A stretch of 64,000 nucleotides of DNA from Vulcanimicrobiota bacterium (GTDB lineage: Bacteria; Vulcanimicrobiota; Vulcanimicrobiia; Vulcanimicrobiales; Vulcanimicrobiaceae), in NCBI GenBank assembly GCA_963733295.1, contig CAVTCS010000003.1, positions 1,408,001 through 1,472,000 on the forward strand, given 5' to 3'. Position numbers and translations under genes: made by a program. Of the stretch, positions 60,061 to 64,000 are shown in pieces. Numbering within the stretch: position 1 is the first letter of the stretch; the number at the start of each line of letters is the position of its first letter. The notes beneath the pieces are model-generated. The model saw only the letters and a list, made by a program, of their open reading frames with translations, was not told the origin of the DNA and ran no database searches.

Positions 60061-61395
60061 ATGCCGGATCGTAGCGCCGCGCTCACCCTCGAAGCGCTGC
60101 AGCTCCTGTTCGGGGAGAGCTACGCGCGCGATTTCTCCGTTCGGCTCTGGACGGGCGCAACCGTGGCAGCCGAGCGTCAAGCACGCTTTACGCTCGCGGT
60201 CAACGCGCCTTATGCACTGCGAGCCGCCTTTGCGCCGCCCGTCGACCTCAACCCCGGCCGAGCCTTCGCGAACGGTTTGATCGACGTCAGCGGCGATCTC
60301 GAAGCCGGCGTCGACGCGCTGATGAGCGCGCTCTCGCACGTACCGCGCCGTTCGCTCGGGCGGCTAACGGCAACGCTCGCCCGGCTGCCGCGAGAGCGGC
60401 AGATCGCCGGCGACGCGGGGCCGCGCATGCGCGGACTACGTCATTCACGCCGCCGCGACGCGGCGGCGGTCGGCTTCCATTACGATCAGGTGCTCCCTTT
60501 CTTTCGCTCGTTCCTCGACGAGAATCTGGTCTATTCGTGCGGCTATTTCGACACCGGCGCCGAAACGCTCGGCGAGGCGCAACTGGCCAAGATCGACTAC
60601 ATCCTCGCGAAACTGCAACTCGAGCCCGGCCAACGGCTGCTCGATATCGGCTGCGGTTGGGGGGCTCTGGTCATGCGCGCGGCCGAGAAATTCGGCGCGC
60701 AAGCCTTCGGCATAACCCTCAGCCGCGGACAATGCAAGGAGGCGCGTAAGCGCATCGCGGCGCGTGGCCTGAGCGACCGTGCGACGGTCGAGCTTTGGGA
60801 CTACCGCGACCTCGGCGAGCTCGGGTTCGACAGGATCGCAAGCGTCGGCATGATCGAACACGTAGGACGCGAGCGGACCGGGCTCTACTTCGAAGCGGCT
60901 TTCCGCGCGCTGCGGCCCGGGGGCTTGTTTCTCAATCACGGCATCGCCGACCAGTCGCATGCGCGGCGCGGGGAGCGCACCTCGGGCTTCATCGACCGCT
61001 TCGTCTTCCCCGATGGCGACCTGTTGCCGGTCTCGGAGGCGCTGCTCTTCGCCGAGCGCGCCGGCTTCGAACTTCGCGACGTCGAGAATCTTCGCGAAAA
61101 CTACGCTCGTACCGCACGCGCCTGGGTCGCGAACCTCGAGCGGAACGCTGCGCAGGCGATCGCAGCCAGCAGCGAGCGGACCTATCGCGTTTGGCGTTTG
61201 TACATGGCGGGAAGCGCGCAGGGTTTCCGTTCCGGGCGCTTGGGAATTTTTCAATCGCTGCTCGCAAAACCCCATAGCGACGGCAGCGTCGAAGCTCGCT
61301 CGCGGCGGGGTCTCTACGCGCCCGCGCCCTCGCCCACACCGGCAACTCCCGCGCCGGCCACCTCGACGGCGCTCACCTTCGGAGTACGCTCGTGA
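60061..61395 (+). CDS. cfa: Cyclopropane-fatty-acyl-phospholipid synthase family methyltransferase
   Basis: HYD, YSCGYF, LDIGCGWG, SVGMIEHVG, FI.RFVFP. Confidence 0.9.
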   Translation: MPDRSAALTLEALQLLFGESYARDFSVRLWTGATVAAERQARFTLAVNAPYALRAAFAPPVDLNPGRAFANGLIDVSGDLEAGVDALMSALSHVPRRSLGRLTATLARLPRERQIAGDAGPRMRGLRHSRRRDAAAVGFHYDQVLPFFRSFLDENLVYSCGYFDTGAETLGEAQLAKIDYILAKLQLEPGQRLLDIGCGWGALVMRAAEKFGAQAFGITLSRGQCKEARKRIAARGLSDRATVELWDYRDLGELGFDRIASVGMIEHVGRERTGLYFEAAFRALRPGGLFLNHGIADQSHARRGERTSGFIDRFVFPDGDLLPVSEALLFAERAGFELRDVENLRENYARTARAWVANLERNAAQAIAASSERTYRVWRLYMAGSAQGFRSGRLGIFQSLLAKPHSDGSVEARSRRGLYAPAPSPTPATPAPATSTALTFGVRS

Positions 61396-61850
61396 ACGCC
61401 GAACCGCCGCTGATCAGTTCGAGCGTCGCAGGTCCGCTCGGCGTCGCGCATTTGCCGAGACTCTGGCTGAAGATCTTGCTCTATGCGTGCGGGCGCCTTC
61501 CCGAAGGCTACCGTCACGGCGAAGGCGGCTTCGACGAGTTCCTTTGTACGAATCTCGGCATCGACCGGGATAGCTTCGTCGAATACATCTCGACGGAAAA
61601 GCCCGACTATCTCGCACTCGAGCGCTGGGTGCGCGCGCACGCTTCGAACCTCACCCAAGAGGCGATCGAAGCGCACAATGCCGCCATCCTCGGCGCGGAT
61701 ATGCCCGAGGACCGGGTGGCCGCGCGGCGCGCCGCACTTGGTATCACCGACGCGAACTTCTCGAACAGCGTGAAGCTCAACGATCTCGACGATTGGGCAG
61801 GCGCTCACGCACGTTTGGTGTATACTCCCGTAGATTCCGGGGGCGCGTAG
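61392..61850 (+). CDS. DUF5069-like protein
   Basis: LG..HLPR...K......G.LPEGY...FD, LNDLDDW. Confidence 0.65.
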   Translation: MNAEPPLISSSVAGPLGVAHLPRLWLKILLYACGRLPEGYRHGEGGFDEFLCTNLGIDRDSFVEYISTEKPDYLALERWVRAHASNLTQEAIEAHNAAILGADMPEDRVAARRAALGITDANFSNSVKLNDLDDWAGAHARLVYTPVDSGGA

Positions 61851-61915
61851 CTCAGGGGGAGAGCGCTACATTGACACTGTAGAGGTCCGAGGTTCGAAAC
61901 CTCGCGTGCCCACCA
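61841..61915 (+). tRNA. tRNA-Val(GAC)
   Basis: GGGCGCGTAGCTCAG...CTACA-TTGACAC-TGTAG...GGTTCGAAACC...ACCA. Confidence 0.96.
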
Positions 61916-61917
61916 TT

Positions 61918-61949
61918 GAAACCCTTACGCCATAAGGGTTTCTCTTTTT
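61918..61949 (+). terminator. Intrinsic terminator after tRNA-Val(GAC)
   Basis: GAAACCCTTA-CGCCA-TAAGGGTTTC followed by TCTTTTT. Confidence 0.8.
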
Positions 61950-61977
61950 GTGATGACGACCAGAGCGTCTCAGCGAC

Positions 61978-63615
61978 TCATCGATGAGACGCGGGGAGCA
62001 CGCGCGCTCGGGGCTCCGCGGCGGCGCTCGGCATAATCTGAAACGCCGTGAGGTTATGACTCTCGTCGGTGACGTACACGACGCCGCGCGCGATCATCGG
62101 GCTCTCCCAATGAACGCCACCGATCGTGGCGCTAGTGAGCACTGCACCCGTCGTCGCATCGAGAGCGTCGAGTTGGCCGCTCGCCGCGACGTAGACAACG
62201 CCGGCCCGGACAGCTGCGGAGGTCCCCTCACCACCCAGTGAGAGGCTCGTCTTCCAGACTTGGGTGAGTTGGCTCGAGCCGCCCAACGTCGTCAGCGTGT
62301 ACGCGTACATGCCGTCGGGAAGTCCGACGTAGACGTAGAGCGGGCCGCCCGGAGCTTGGTAAATCGCCGGCGCGCTATACACCTTCGCGTCGAGCGAAAT
62401 CGTCTGCAGTACCGCAGCCGAACCCGTCAGGTTCGTGCGATCGACAAGACGCAGCAGCTGGTCTTTCCCGCCTTGCACGGCCATCAGCGGCGTGTTGCTA
62501 GTCGGTTGACGCGGAATGAGCGCGGGCGAGGTGCTTCCGAGATCGAGATCTTCTTCCTGCAGTAGCAGCGCGTTCGCCGGCGCGTAGTAGCCGATGAGCG
62601 ACGACATGTCGGGCTTGAGCGAGAGCATCGAATCGCCGTAGTCGCCGCTTGGGGGATCGTAGTCGCCGTTACCCGTCGCCGCAAACACCGCATCCCCCAT
62701 TTCCGGATCGGGGTCGACGACGGGTCCGGCGCGCGACCATAAGCCTGAGTCGCTTTGAGCGCACGTCGACGGATTGATCACTGTCGTCTGCGACGAGCAG
62801 AGCGAATTGAAGACGTGCAACTGCCCCGTCGACGTGCTGATCGCGACGACGTGGCCGACGTACGGCGGCGCATCGCCATTGTAGCCCGACGTCTGGGCGT
62901 AGACATACCCGTTCGCGACATTGAGCGGAGAGGCGTCTTTTTCGGTGGCGGTCGCGATCGTGATCGTAACGGGGAAGCCGTGCGAGGTGTCCTCGACACC
63001 GGTCAAGGGATTGAGGCGGTGGATCTTGCCGTCGACGCCACCGGCGTAGAGTTCGTTGGCGCTGGTATCGTACGCGGGCTCCGAGGTCGTTATGTTCCTG
63101 CCCGAGGTGGTAAACGTCCAGATCTTCGCGCCCGACGACGCCGAGATGCCGTACGTGGTGCCGTTATGCACCGTTACGAAGAGCATCCCGCTCCACTCGA
63201 TCGGCGACGTATCGGCGATGTCGCCGAGGTTCGTTTGCCACAGTTGCTTCAGCGCTAGTGTCCCGGGCGTTCCGGCCTCGTTGCTAACGCCGCTGCGCGC
63301 CGAGTCGTGCTCGTCGAGCGGCCAATCGTCGAGCGTCGCGGGCGTCGTGCCCGTCGACGTCGGGGCGGGTGTGGGTGACGCGCCGCCCGAAGCCGACGCG
63401 GCCGGCGAGGCGCTCGGCGTCCTCGAGGGCGTCGCAGGCGTTTGGCCGTGCCCGCTGCACGCGCACAGAATCGCGGCAGCGACGACGATTGAAAACGAAA
63501 CTCGAGGAGAGCAGCGCAAGACAGCCTCGCATCGCGGCTTTGGAAGGCTCACCGTGAAATGCTGGTGAGGTTCTTTCCGACCTCTTCCAGCTCGGTCCCA
63601 CAAAAACTCTCCCAC
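61978..63615 (-). CDS. PQQ-like beta-propeller lipoprotein (start probably further downstream)
   Basis: LCAC lipobox, Pro/Ser/Thr linker, DW....D..RSG, ATGNG, DLDLGS, W-ended propeller repeats. Confidence 0.75.
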   Translation of the reverse strand: MGEFLWDRAGRGRKEPHQHFTVSLPKPRCEAVLRCSPRVSFSIVVAAAILCACSGHGQTPATPSRTPSASPAASASGGASPTPAPTSTGTTPATLDDWPLDEHDSARSGVSNEAGTPGTLALKQLWQTNLGDIADTSPIEWSGMLFVTVHNGTTYGISASSGAKIWTFTTSGRNITTSEPAYDTSANELYAGGVDGKIHRLNPLTGVEDTSHGFPVTITIATATEKDASPLNVANGYVYAQTSGYNGDAPPYVGHVVAISTSTGQLHVFNSLCSSQTTVINPSTCAQSDSGLWSRAGPVVDPDPEMGDAVFAATGNGDYDPPSGDYGDSMLSLKPDMSSLIGYYAPANALLLQEEDLDLGSTSPALIPRQPTSNTPLMAVQGGKDQLLRLVDRTNLTGSAAVLQTISLDAKVYSAPAIYQAPGGPLYVYVGLPDGMYAYTLTTLGGSSQLTQVWKTSLSLGGEGTSAAVRAGVVYVAASGQLDALDATTGAVLTSATIGGVHWESPMIARGVVYVTDESHNLTAFQIMPSAAAEPRARVLPASHR

Positions 63616-63681
63616 ATGTCAGAAAATGTGAAGGATATCGCTCGCGCGGGGTTTTTTCTTGGCGAAAGCGGATAACGCCGC

Positions 63682-64000
63682 ATGGCGATGCGATCGGGAG
63701 CGCGGCTGCTCGTCGACGCGCTGACGCGGAACGGGACCGACACCGCGTACTGCGTCCCCGGCGAGAGTTATTTGCACGTCCTCGACGCGCTGGCCGATAC
63801 GCCGCAGATTCGCGTGATCGTCTGCCGCCAAGAAGGCGGAGCGGCCAACATGGCCGACGCCTACGGCAAATTGACGGGCCGCCCCGGGATTTGCTTCGTG
63901 ACGCGCGGCCCCGGCGCGACCAACGCCAGCATCGGCGTGCACACCGCAATGCAGGATTCGACGCCGATGATTCTGTTCGTGGGGCAGGTCGCGCGCGCCA
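63682..64000 (+). CDS. Thiamine pyrophosphate-binding protein (acetolactate synthase-like), 3' truncated by the window
   Basis: Translated by hand: CVPGESYL.VLDAL..CRQEGGAANMA.AYGKLTGRPGICFVTRGPGATNA. Confidence 0.9.
   Translation, partial: MAMRSGARLLVDALTRNGTDTAYCVPGESYLHVLDALADTPQIRVIVCRQEGGAANMADAYGKLTGRPGICFVTRGPGATNASIGVHTAMQDSTPMILFVGQVARA

Noticed and set aside
59277..61915. Invertible element bounded by inverted repeats
   Set aside because: The repeats are simply two complete, divergent tRNA-Val genes with shared ends, and no recombinase is present.
1..64000. Prophage, IS element or integrase
   Set aside because: No transposase, integrase or phage structural motifs were recognised.

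Overview
High-GC bacterial chromosomal window; Eremiobacterota/Vulcanimicrobiota-like gene style is my inference only. About 47 kb is a cell-surface biosynthesis super-locus with five parts: (1) a minus-strand Wzx/Wzy-type exopolysaccharide region (wza, priming GT, ugd, split wzc, epimerase, flippase, GT2s, WecB-type GT); (2) directly downstream, a hybrid NRPS/PKS line (A-T, PPTase, KS-AT-ACP-aminotransferase-C-A-T, C-A-T-TE[Cys]); (3) a divergent tailoring operon with three JmjC/cupin-like proteins, a type II thioesterase, a hydrolase and a methyltransferase; (4) GT-C glycosyltransferases and two paralogous LuxR regulators; (5) the most unusual element, at 43605-47076, where one protein fuses a PqqD/RRE domain, a Tat-like leader, a 9-residue core and a complete intein-like (Hint/BIL) domain, followed by an HprK-related kinase, a nucleotidyltransferase and a methyltransferase. 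This last unit is a candidate self-cleaving RiPP-like or peptide-anchor system. A shared quasi-palindromic operator motif lies upstream of all four operons. The rest of the window holds a MoxR-DUF58 operon, four tRNAs (Phe, Asp, Val x2), cfa, a nitroreductase, lipoproteins and a truncated ThDP enzyme. Seven apparent +1 frameshifts are probably sequencing errors. No CRISPR array, rRNA or integrase was seen.
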